A stretch of 32,000 nucleotides of DNA. Origin: Candidatus Methylomirabilis oxygeniifera (lineage in GTDB: Bacteria; Methylomirabilota; Methylomirabilia; Methylomirabilales; Methylomirabilaceae). The notes under the pieces are model-generated. The model ran no database searches, was not told the origin of the DNA, and saw only the letters and a list, made by a program, of their open reading frames with translations. The position numbers were made by a program, and so were the translations under genes. Below, one piece after another: positions 18,313-26,259 of the stretch. The stretch is taken from contig FP565575.1 of assembly GCA_000091165.1 (NCBI GenBank), forward strand, positions 2,280,001 through 2,312,000, given 5' to 3'. The stretch's first letter is position 1; each line of letters opens with the position of its first letter.

Positions 18313-19877
18313 TTCTTCATCGACTGATTGCAGTACGGGTGAGTCAAGTCGCAGTTGTCCACTGCACCGTTGCCGCCCTCGCGCCTTCTGCTGACGTGAT
18401 CATACGAAACAGATTTCGCTGGATCCAGGTAACCGCCGCATATCGAGCACTTCACCGTATTCTCAAGTGCTTTCCGAATGAACGTTTCGCTTTTCACGTC
18501 GTCGGAGAACGACTGGGACTCAACGGGTGCACTGCCCACAAACACTTTGCCCGCCAAACCGCTTAGTGTAACGATGTCCTCGTTTGTGATCGGTGCTTCG
18601 CTATCTAACCGGTTAATCAACGCCTCAAGAAAGCCAGCGTACTTCTCGACACGGTGCCTGCTAACGTATCCTTGCAGAATAGCCGCGATAGTGGGTTTGT
18701 ACTCAACCAACGCTTTTTCCAGTCGCGAGCGGCACCCGGAGAGCTTCCGGAAGAAGGTAGGGTCGTTGTTCAGCAACTTCTTCTTGAGCATCAGAGCCGT
18801 CCCCATGAACATCGGCGCTTGATGTTGTCCCGAAGGTCCATAGAAATAGACTGCAGGATGAAGACCGAGACTTCCGTGATCGTTTCCTGTTATGCGGCTC
18901 GCAAGTTCCCATATCTGCTTCAGTGCTTCTGTAGTGCCACTGCCGTCCGCGTCATCAGCCTGATCCGGAACCGTCTTCGGATGCCCCTGCTGATTGCGAC
19001 AGGCGATGAGCACGAAATCTAAGAGAGTCCTGAGCGCAACGCGTACGCCTCTGGCCCCTCCCAGTGGGAGATCGAGCGTCTTGACCGGTGTGTTCAGGTC
19101 CGGCTCAAATATTAGCTGATGGATGATACGTGCTTTGTCTTCAATCAGGGCCGAAGTCTCTGGGGAAAACGCCGACCAATATTTGTGGCCGGTTCCGGCG
19201 CGGATGATCGCACGTGCGGCGATGGAAATGGGTTTGTGTCTCGTCTTGAGCAGTAGTTCTTCAATGTCGTCTAGCGGTGTCCCTTCCGTGTTGATCTTGA
19301 AGAAGGCGGATTCGGCTTTGTCAGCATTACCATTAACCCACTGAATCGAGAGCGCTCGTGATATGACGGCATTAAATTTACGTTTGTCTTCGTTGTCGAG
19401 ACCTGGTTGCGCAAGTGTCGCCTGCACGTGCTTGAAACTGCCAATGGTGTCGTTAACCAGTTTTCGCGTTTTGTCAGCTACCTTCTTCTGAACGGCAGGA
19501 ATATTCCTATCAAAGAACATGAGCGAGATGGGTCCGTCTCCATAGTCATCCTCAACCCAAGCCCGCAAGACACTGAGGCGGTGACCACCGTCGATCACGA
19601 ATATGTTGGTCGGTGATTTCCAGAGAATGACCGATGGGATGAGGTCGCCATTGACAAAACACTCAAGGAGAGAAAGAACTTGCGCGGGAGTCCAGTGGTT
19701 TGTTTCGCGCTGAAAGTCCGGCTTCCGTAAGTTGGGTCCGACAAGTGCACCGGGAGTAAAATCGCGCAACGAAACGGACGGCACCATGTCGTACGTCTGT
19801 TCTGCCTCAGGCTGAGTGGCGAAATCAGCGCGCAGAATCATCGCGTCGAGGTTGACGAGTTGCTTAAGGTTCGACAT
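18309..19877 (-). CDS. DUF262/ParB-like N-terminal domain fused to C-terminal HNH nuclease; putative defence protein
   Basis: FQRETNHWTPAQVLSLLECFVNGDLIPSVILW...NIFVIDGGHRLSVLRAW (DUF262-like DGxHR) and CSICGGYLDPAKSVSYDHVSRRREGGNGAVDNCDLTHPYCNQSMKN (HNH with zinc-binding Cys). Confidence 0.75.
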   Translation of the reverse strand: MSNLKQLVNLDAMILRADFATQPEAEQTYDMVPSVSLRDFTPGALVGPNLRKPDFQRETNHWTPAQVLSLLECFVNGDLIPSVILWKSPTNIFVIDGGHRLSVLRAWVEDDYGDGPISLMFFDRNIPAVQKKVADKTRKLVNDTIGSFKHVQATLAQPGLDNEDKRKFNAVISRALSIQWVNGNADKAESAFFKINTEGTPLDDIEELLLKTRHKPISIAARAIIRAGTGHKYWSAFSPETSALIEDKARIIHQLIFEPDLNTPVKTLDLPLGGARGVRVALRTLLDFVLIACRNQQGHPKTVPDQADDADGSGTTEALKQIWELASRITGNDHGSLGLHPAVYFYGPSGQHQAPMFMGTALMLKKKLLNNDPTFFRKLSGCRSRLEKALVEYKPTIAAILQGYVSRHRVEKYAGFLEALINRLDSEAPITNEDIVTLSGLAGKVFVGSAPVESQSFSDDVKSETFIRKALENTVKCSICGGYLDPAKSVSYDHVSRRREGGNGAVDNCDLTHPYCNQSMKN

Positions 19878-19926
19878 AGAGATCCTCCACTGCGTTACAT
19901 GCGTTCGCTTCCTTCATAAGGGCACA

Positions 19927-20585
19927 ATCGGGATAGGGAGGTGCCTCGCAACCCCTCTCCCCCCACACTACCGTACATACGGATCACGTACCACGGCGGT
20001 TCGGTTGATTACTTCGGCAAGACTGCCGACCGGGGGTTCGGACTCCTCTATCCACCATACACATCGCTCTTTCGAGCAGCTACGTTTCCGCCAGCTTTAT
20101 GCACACTGGACACAGGGCTTACTGACCCTTTCAACCGTTCGGGCCTTCGGCACAAGACGTTGCGGTTCGGCCTATCTGTTTCTCCACCTTTCGGTTCAGG
20201 AGTGCCTCACTCGCCTCGCCTGCCTCTCACCGACTCTGCCCTCTGCTGACTTCTGCACCGCGGTCAGGAAGCCTCTCGACCCCCTCAGTTATTGCGGGAC
20301 GCGTTGCAGACCTCCCGGGGTAAGACACAGAGCGTTCCATGCGTAGACGCCGGATTATAAAGCACGCCCCGTTGCAGATGGAGGACTTCGCGGTCACGTG
20401 CCCGCTCGTCCCGGGTGGTCCCACACCTCCTATCCGGTTCCTGTTCATCGCCCCGCGCGTTTGGATTGGACTTCCTTCAGACCCCACCTCACGGTGACGC
20501 CCTTGCCCTTCTCCTCGCCTTCGGCTCTGCGAGAACCTGGCGCGGGGACTTTCACCTCGCTCGCTCTGTGTCATGCCTGGCACAC
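19927..20585 (-). ncRNA. Group II intron, apparently ORF-less
   Basis: Minus strand starts GTGTGCCAGGCATG...GCGAGGTGAAAGTCC. A 34-nt domain V-like hairpin is at 19967-20000 (ACCGCCGTGGTACGTGATCCGTATGTACGGTAGT), followed by a domain VI-like stem (GGGGGGAGAGGGG...CCTCCCTATCCC) ending CGAT. No reverse-transcriptase ORF inside. Confidence 0.7.
19967..20000 (-). ncRNA. Group II intron domain V
   Basis: 8-bp helix ACCGCCGU/ACGGUAGU (one C-A mismatch), 5-bp helix GUACG/CGUAU, 5-nt loop, GU bulge on the 3' side; total 34 nt with a CGC triad. Confidence 0.72.
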
Positions 20586-20632
20586 ACGGTACGCATGTGC
20601 GGTCGGCGTAGCCGGTCCGAATCATGCGAATG

Positions 20633-21469
20633 CTAGGCTAGCTGCTTGATCCAGTTCTTAACCAGCACAGGTATTCTGGTGATGACTTCCCGGCCGACGA
20701 GGACTTCATCAACATAGCCCATGTGGAGCATATCGACAATCCGGCAGAGGTACGATTTTCCACAATCCCACCATGTGAACCGAGCATCAATCATAAGGTA
20801 GTGAAGAACGTTAATATTTTCAGCCGCCGCGAGCTCTTCGATCTCCATCCCATCCAACAATGTTTCATAGACACCATCAGCGACACGGCTACCAAAGGTG
20901 GTTGTGTAGTAGTATTCCTTAACTTCCCAAACCGCGACCGGATTGATAACGGAGGGGAAAGCACCATCCATGCGGCGGGCGAATGTTCGGAGAGGGAAGC
21001 CGCCCGCGGCGACTGTGGTCAACGCGCGAGGATCATGATCGCAGGCTTTGCCATCAGCATTCGCCTCAATCAGCATGTTAACCATGCCGGTGAGAAAAGC
21101 GGGAGCTTTCATGGCGCCCTTCTGCTTGTTCATCGGCAAAGGGCAGGTGGGTTTGAATCTACGCTTCAAGCGAGTGAATTCTTGTTTCGCTTGGGCCGCA
21201 TCCATGAGATTGGGCTCGACGTGCTGATGAAGCAAGTCCCGGCGATACGTGAAGTACTCCAACAGGACATCCCATGTGATATTTCCGTCAGGAAGAGCCC
21301 TGGCCAGGGCCTCGGTTTTCAGGCCGAGCGCCTGGAGAGCGGCCACTACCGCCTCCTCAGTCGGTACGGTAATCTGGCCCCTGCTTGCATATCCGCACTC
21401 CTGGCCGATTAGACGAACAAGGGCCCAGAAGTGCTTGGGAAGCTGGATAAACCTCTTGTCAGGCGTCAT
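20633..21469 (-). CDS. Putative type II restriction endonuclease
   Basis: Contains INPVAVWEVKEYYYTTTFGSRVADGVYETLLDGMEIEEL (ExK-like core) and is coupled to a controller-like HTH gene with a divergent adenine MTase. Assignment is largely from context. Confidence 0.65.
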   Translation of the reverse strand: MTPDKRFIQLPKHFWALVRLIGQECGYASRGQITVPTEEAVVAALQALGLKTEALARALPDGNITWDVLLEYFTYRRDLLHQHVEPNLMDAAQAKQEFTRLKRRFKPTCPLPMNKQKGAMKAPAFLTGMVNMLIEANADGKACDHDPRALTTVAAGGFPLRTFARRMDGAFPSVINPVAVWEVKEYYYTTTFGSRVADGVYETLLDGMEIEELAAAENINVLHYLMIDARFTWWDCGKSYLCRIVDMLHMGYVDEVLVGREVITRIPVLVKNWIKQLA

Positions 21470-21704
21470 GATGTGGTAGATAATCCTTAAGAAAAGTCGC
21501 GGGATCTATTCCCAAGGCTCGGCAAACGTCAATGGTTTCAACGAACGATAAGAGTCTTTCACCCGCCTCGTACTTGCTGACGAAAGACTGGGGCTTGCCA
21601 AGGGTTGCCGCCAGGTCGGCCTGTGTCAGTCCGCGATCTTTTCTTTTCTGGCGGAGCAAAGTCCGAAAGTGCTCCTCGTTATTGGCATATCTGTTGTATT
21701 TCAT
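21459..21704 (-). CDS. XRE-family HTH regulator, probable RM controller (C) protein
   Basis: LLRQKRKDRGLTQADLAATLGKPQSFVSKYEAGERLLSFVETIDVCRALGI, a canonical XRE HTH; overlaps the REase start by 11 nt. Confidence 0.85.
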   Translation of the reverse strand: MKYNRYANNEEHFRTLLRQKRKDRGLTQADLAATLGKPQSFVSKYEAGERLLSFVETIDVCRALGIDPATFLKDYLPHHDA

Positions 21705-21725
21705 GTCTCCGAGTATAGAAGATGC

Positions 21726-21754
21726 TTGACAATAATCCCAAATCAGGATATTGT
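21726..21754 (+). promoter_or_regulatory. Sigma70-like promoter of the adenine methyltransferase
   Basis: TTGACA (21726-21731), 17-nt spacer, TATTGT (21749-21754), with an ATG (21761) 6 nt after the -10 box. Confidence 0.65.
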
Positions 21755-21760
21755 GACGGT

Positions 21761-22654
21761 ATGAAGGTTAAAGAGGATACCCTTGATCTTTTTTACGGCA
21801 TGGAGTTTCAGCACGTGCCGCCATTCAGGACTCAACTTCTCAAATGGATAGGAAACAAGCAACGCTTTGCCCATAAGATCGCTTCCTACTTCCCCAAGGA
21901 TATCCGCACCTACCGGGAGCCGTTTCTTGGAAGCGGGGCAGTGCTCGCGGCTCTCCAACCCCCCAATGCCGTTGGTTCAGACATCTTCGGCCCACTCATG
22001 GAGATATGGCGATGTCTTCACGAATCCCCCGAGAAACTGACGGATTGGTACCGAACCCGGTACGTTGAATTTACGACGGTAGGAAAAACTGAGGGTTATG
22101 AAGGTATCAAGGCAAGATACAACGCCAACCCAAATGGTCCCGATCTCCTCTTCATTTGCCGGAGCTGTTACGGTGGCGTTGTTCGGTTCAGAAAGAGTGA
22201 CGGGTACATTTCCACGCCTTGTGGCGTCCATGATCCGATCAATCCCAAGTCATTTGCCCAACGCGTCGAGATTTGGAGAAGGAGGACAGCTGGAGCGAAC
22301 TTCCGGCACATGGATTTTGAGGAGGCCATGTCATTGGCCCACGAGAAGGATCTCGTGTATTGCGACCCGCCCTATGTATGCAGTCAGACAATTCTATACC
22401 AAGGACAGGGCTTTTCCTTGGATCGTTTGATGCAGACCATCGCAGACTGCAAGAAACGTGGTGTTAGGGTAGCGTTGAGTATCGATGGGAAGAAGAAGTC
22501 AGGTCGGGTTGACTGCGAACTCAGGATCCCTGATAGCCTCTTTGAGCGCGAGGTATTCCTCGATTGCGGCAGAAGCATGCTGCGACGCTTCCAGAGGGGG
22601 GGTGAATCTCTTGAAGATGAAATCGTCCATGATCGGCTTCTTCTCACCTACTGA
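21761..22654 (+). CDS. D12-class DNA N6-adenine methyltransferase (Dam/DpnII-like)
   Basis: QLLKWIGNKQRFAHKIASYFP...REPFLGSGAVL...DLVYCDPPYVCS. The track start is 21722; ATG 21761 (MKVKEDTL) is proposed because 21722 lies upstream of the predicted promoter. Confidence 0.88.
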   Translation: MKVKEDTLDLFYGMEFQHVPPFRTQLLKWIGNKQRFAHKIASYFPKDIRTYREPFLGSGAVLAALQPPNAVGSDIFGPLMEIWRCLHESPEKLTDWYRTRYVEFTTVGKTEGYEGIKARYNANPNGPDLLFICRSCYGGVVRFRKSDGYISTPCGVHDPINPKSFAQRVEIWRRRTAGANFRHMDFEEAMSLAHEKDLVYCDPPYVCSQTILYQGQGFSLDRLMQTIADCKKRGVRVALSIDGKKKSGRVDCELRIPDSLFEREVFLDCGRSMLRRFQRGGESLEDEIVHDRLLLTY

Positions 22655-23122
22655 TTTCATGGCTCAACGCCGCGCGGATGAGCGGCGGAAGCGGAGTCGA
22701 GCGTGCTCGGCGGAGCTGTAGTCTGCTCGATCCGCTGGTTGGCCGTAGCGAAGCGGAGGCAAGGGGCACCGGCTTAGCCCCGCGTTCTCCCTGAGCGACG
22801 CGAAGGGAGAACGATAAAAATAACCCGCCGGGGCAACCAGCCTTAGCAAAAATCAAACCAGGTTTATTTCCGGTCGGGTTGATTTGCTGGTTAGGCAGTT
22901 TTTATGAACTACCCCGCGGCAAGCTGCGGGGTATCATCTTCTGTTCTGGCTCGTCGTTCCGTACTTGACACGGAATCCGGTCGGACTCTCCGGATACCGG
23001 CGCCTGCCCCGGACTCTGATCCGGAGTCCGCCGGTATGACGGACTCACGACAAGCCGCGGGGAATGAACCCTTTATGGATTCAATCATCGGTATTCCGCA
23101 AGAACGAATGGAGTGATGCGCT

Positions 23123-23854
23123 CTACTTCTGTTGTAACTTCATGGCCAACTCGAATTCCCTGTCATAGGGCAAGTGCAGTTGGGAGAGCATTTCGGGAAT
23201 GGCCAACTTCCAGCTCACGTAGTAGAAGGCCAATATGTGATGACCCGAGAATATCTTTTCGGGAATGGCATTGATTTTGTAGCCCTCTTGGTCCGGGCTG
23301 AACCCCTGTGTTCCCAACAATGCGATCTCATATGCGATTTCTTTGATTCTCTCTTTTGGCATATACCTAAAGTAGTTCAGAGCATCGACCATGAACATGA
23401 CCACCGCCATGTTGGTCCCGATTTCCGCTTGAGATTTCTGGAACCTTTCTTCATCCCTCTTCTTATCGATATCCTTTGACTCAACACCATAAGGGCCTTC
23501 TTCTACCGAAGCCAACAGCGTGTCGATATCCGTGTTCTTGCCGCGGTATTCCTTCTCATCGATCAACTCAAAATATTTGTCAAGACCAAGGCGTTCTGCC
23601 CAATCAAGAACCATTTCGTATTCCTGGCCGGGCTTGCGGCTATCCTTATGCTGCAGGAAGTCACCGTAGAAAGCCTTCGCTTTCGATAGCTCTGACGACG
23701 TTGCGTGAAACTCCTGAACAGTGGGAACCCCATAGAGGTCCTTGAACTGCATGGCACCAACAAGATTGTAGATCTTGCTACTCCACAAGACATTTGGCGG
23801 CGCATGTTCAACGATTTCCTTGTTTGTGACCGCATGCAAACCTTCCTTCAGCAA
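23123..23854 (-). CDS. Conserved-looking protein of unknown function, coupled to the upstream TPR-metallopeptidase-like gene
   Basis: 243-aa ORF with a TTG start that overlaps the upstream TGA stop; no family recognised. Confidence 0.6.
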   Translation of the reverse strand: MLKEGLHAVTNKEIVEHAPPNVLWSSKIYNLVGAMQFKDLYGVPTVQEFHATSSELSKAKAFYGDFLQHKDSRKPGQEYEMVLDWAERLGLDKYFELIDEKEYRGKNTDIDTLLASVEEGPYGVESKDIDKKRDEERFQKSQAEIGTNMAVVMFMVDALNYFRYMPKERIKEIAYEIALLGTQGFSPDQEGYKINAIPEKIFSGHHILAFYYVSWKLAIPEMLSQLHLPYDREFELAMKLQQK

Positions 23855-25104
23855 ACCAGATAGGGAGATGAATTGTGGTATGGCCGCAGTTCCTTGAATT
23901 CATGGTAAAGGAAGTCTTCTATGAAAAGGTCTATGGGGGTATTGAAGATCTGCAGATTGATTCCATCAAAAAGAGTCGTACAGAAACCTGAGATGGATTC
24001 TTCGGGCAACCCCCTCTTGCGCAACTTCCTGATGGAATAGTCTATCCCTGTTATGAACTCCGCCTTCTGCTTTTGGGACGTCACAAACAACAGGTTTGCG
24101 TCGGCTCTTCGAGCCTCAATAATGTAGGATAAATGGACAAGCTCATGCATCTGTAAATGAACTATGGCCAGTTTATTCGGATTGTATCGTACAACATGGC
24201 GTGATCTGCCGTAGTTTTCGGCGAGTTCAAACTTTGCGGCAGTTGGAATTGAGGGATCTTCGACCAACTCGATCTTCGTATCACATTGGGATTCGAGTTG
24301 ATGTACATAGTCAGACAGTATTTCGGCTCCACTTCCCGTTTCGACAACTTTCTTTGCTGAGCTGAGCGCGAGTTGCAATGCGTTCTGGAACAGGGCATCC
24401 TTGGGATTCGCGCTCTTCTTCAACGTGGTTATTGCATGGTCAAAGGCGCTAAACGGATCATTCTCGACTTCGGCGACCAATCCAAGCGCATAATAAGTAT
24501 TGGCATAGTTGGCATTTATCTTGAGCGCCTCATGAAAATACTTCTTTGCAGCCTCGGTTTTTCCTTGCCGCATCAGATTCGCGCCTATGTTGTTCATTGC
24601 AATATTGTTTCGCGAATCGACTTTCAGAACTTGGTCGTAGTATTTCATCGCAGTCGCGATGTCGTCCTTATATTTTGCAAAGATGTTTCCCATCATCAGT
24701 AAGGCCCATGCGTTCTTCGGGTCCCATCTTAAAGCGTCAATAAGAGAATCGATGGCACCTTCCTGGTCTCCCTCTTCCGAGAGAATTTGACCGTTAATCC
24801 TATAATATTCAGAGTTCGTCCTATTCTTCGAGATGAGATTTCTCAGGATTGGCTTGACTTCCGCAAATTTCCGTTTTTCAGCTAATGCAACGACTTTTCT
24901 AAAGTCAGATTCTTCGGATAGTATGACTGGCGTGTTGATTTCGACTTTGACCCAGCCGCCCTCAAGCGTAACAATGGGTTTGTAGGGTCCGAACGTATAG
25001 AACTTGGTCATTTCGTCCTTCAGGACTTCAGTGTCGTTCCCTGATTCCTGCGCTTTGGGAAACAACCCGAATAGAAACTCGTCCAATCTGTGCAGGATCT
25101 GCAT
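23848..25104 (-). CDS. TPR-repeat protein with C-terminal HExxH zincin-like motif
   Basis: TPR-like repeats (NAWALLMMGNIFAKYKDDIATAMKYYDQVLKVDSRNNIAMNNIGANLMRQGKTEAAKKYFHEALKINANYANTYYALG) and LAIVHLQMHELVHLSYIIEARRAD (HELVH). Confidence 0.7.
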   Translation of the reverse strand: MQILHRLDEFLFGLFPKAQESGNDTEVLKDEMTKFYTFGPYKPIVTLEGGWVKVEINTPVILSEESDFRKVVALAEKRKFAEVKPILRNLISKNRTNSEYYRINGQILSEEGDQEGAIDSLIDALRWDPKNAWALLMMGNIFAKYKDDIATAMKYYDQVLKVDSRNNIAMNNIGANLMRQGKTEAAKKYFHEALKINANYANTYYALGLVAEVENDPFSAFDHAITTLKKSANPKDALFQNALQLALSSAKKVVETGSGAEILSDYVHQLESQCDTKIELVEDPSIPTAAKFELAENYGRSRHVVRYNPNKLAIVHLQMHELVHLSYIIEARRADANLLFVTSQKQKAEFITGIDYSIRKLRKRGLPEESISGFCTTLFDGINLQIFNTPIDLFIEDFLYHEFKELRPYHNSSPYLVC

Positions 25105-25432
25105 CTTGAGGTACCTGTGTATGGCTGCTAAGATTCTTACATTCAGCTACTTAAGAGCACTTGCCACATGTGATTAGGGCGCTGCCACACTGTAAAACAG
25201 CTCAATGCTACGCAGCCATTTTGATTGGTTTCTGCTGCTGCCGCCGTCCACCGCAGCTTGGAAAAGCCGCGGCTTTCCCACTCCTCCCCCAGGCTTGGTG
25301 ACTACTCAGGGGGGTGGGTCCCTTTTGCTTTATCACGGTGGGTTCTTTTTACGTTGTCAAAACGACACGGGGCTCAGCCGCCGCGAAGCGGTCGGTTTCG
25401 TGTCCCTGGTCCTCCCGGAGCGGAGGAAGAGC

Positions 25433-25461
25433 TTGACATAAATTATCAAATTTCATTATAT
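25433..25461 (+). promoter_or_regulatory. Possible sigma70-like promoter upstream of the MfnE-like gene
   Basis: TTGACA (25433-25438), 17-nt AT-rich spacer, TTATAT (25456-25461). Confidence 0.4.
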
Positions 25462-25563
25462 GCGACAAAGAATTAATATGCAATTTACGGAGTACCCGAT
25501 TTGAGACACCTCATATGCAAGCCGCGGGCGGAGCATTGAAAGCTGACTACTGAGTGCTGAATC

Positions 25564-26244
25564 ATGAAGATCGACGTCGTCATCAAGGTGGGCGGGAGCC
25601 TCGGCCGGTGGGGGGGCGTCGGGAAGCTGCTCGACTCTGTCGAGGAGTGGAGGGGCGCCGCCAATGTGTTGGTCGTTCCCGGCGGCGGGGTGTTTGCCGA
25701 TCTGGTGCGGGCAGAGTATCGCCGAGTACGGCTTACCGAAAGCGCCGCGCACCGGATGGCTATCCTGGCGATGGATCAGTACGGCCTGGAGCTTTGCGAC
25801 CTCGCTTCACGTGCAGCGCCGGCCTCCAGTCTGAATCAGGTCAGGGAGGTGATCCGCAGCGGCCGGCTTCCGGTCTACCTCCCCTCCCGATCCCTTGCTC
25901 GCCACGATCCCTTTACGCCTTCGTGGCGCGTCACCTCGGATTCGATCGCTGCCTATATCGCCGGATGTGCAAAGGCGAACAGCCTGCTGCTACTGAAGTC
26001 TGTGGACGGGATCTTCGCGCGAGACCCGAAGGTTGACCCGTCGGCGCCCCTGCTGCCGCGCATCACGCGCTCGCACCTTTCGCGTGACAGTGGCGTGGAC
26101 CGCGAGTTTGCCAGGTGGCTGAACGGGATCGACTGTTGCTGGATCATCAACGGGAGACGTCCGGCTCGCGTCAAGGAGTGGCTGGAGTGCAGGAAGACGG
26201 TGGGAACGTGTGTGATTACGCGGAGTGCGAGGCGGAAGAAATAG
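25564..26244 (+). CDS. Amino-acid kinase family protein, MfnE-like (furan-phosphate kinase of methanofuran-type cofactor synthesis)
   Basis: MKIDVVIKVGGSLGR...VLVVPGGGVFADLVR...SDSIAAYIAGCAKANSLLLLKSVDGIFARDP; adjacent to an MfnB-like gene. Confidence 0.78.
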   Translation: MKIDVVIKVGGSLGRWGGVGKLLDSVEEWRGAANVLVVPGGGVFADLVRAEYRRVRLTESAAHRMAILAMDQYGLELCDLASRAAPASSLNQVREVIRSGRLPVYLPSRSLARHDPFTPSWRVTSDSIAAYIAGCAKANSLLLLKSVDGIFARDPKVDPSAPLLPRITRSHLSRDSGVDREFARWLNGIDCCWIINGRRPARVKEWLECRKTVGTCVITRSARRKK

Positions 26245-26259
26245 GTCGTCCTACACCCT

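Noticed and set aside
19941-20649. Multiple ORFs (19941-20249, 20227-20625, 20398-20649, 19816-20346)
   Set aside because: They fall on both strands of the group II intron; similar peptides often arise from structured RNA, and no RT or maturase motif is present.
22662-22744. attC-like pair GCTCAAC ... GTTGGCC right after the MTase stop
   Set aside because: The 3' box does not fit GTTRRRY and the arms do not pair convincingly; only the separate 22834-22896 fold was kept as a weak finding.
25105-25430. Short ORFs (25205-25441, 25225-25476) downstream of the TPR gene
   Set aside because: Overlapping frames on opposite strands without recognisable domains; likely degenerate intergenic or mobile debris.
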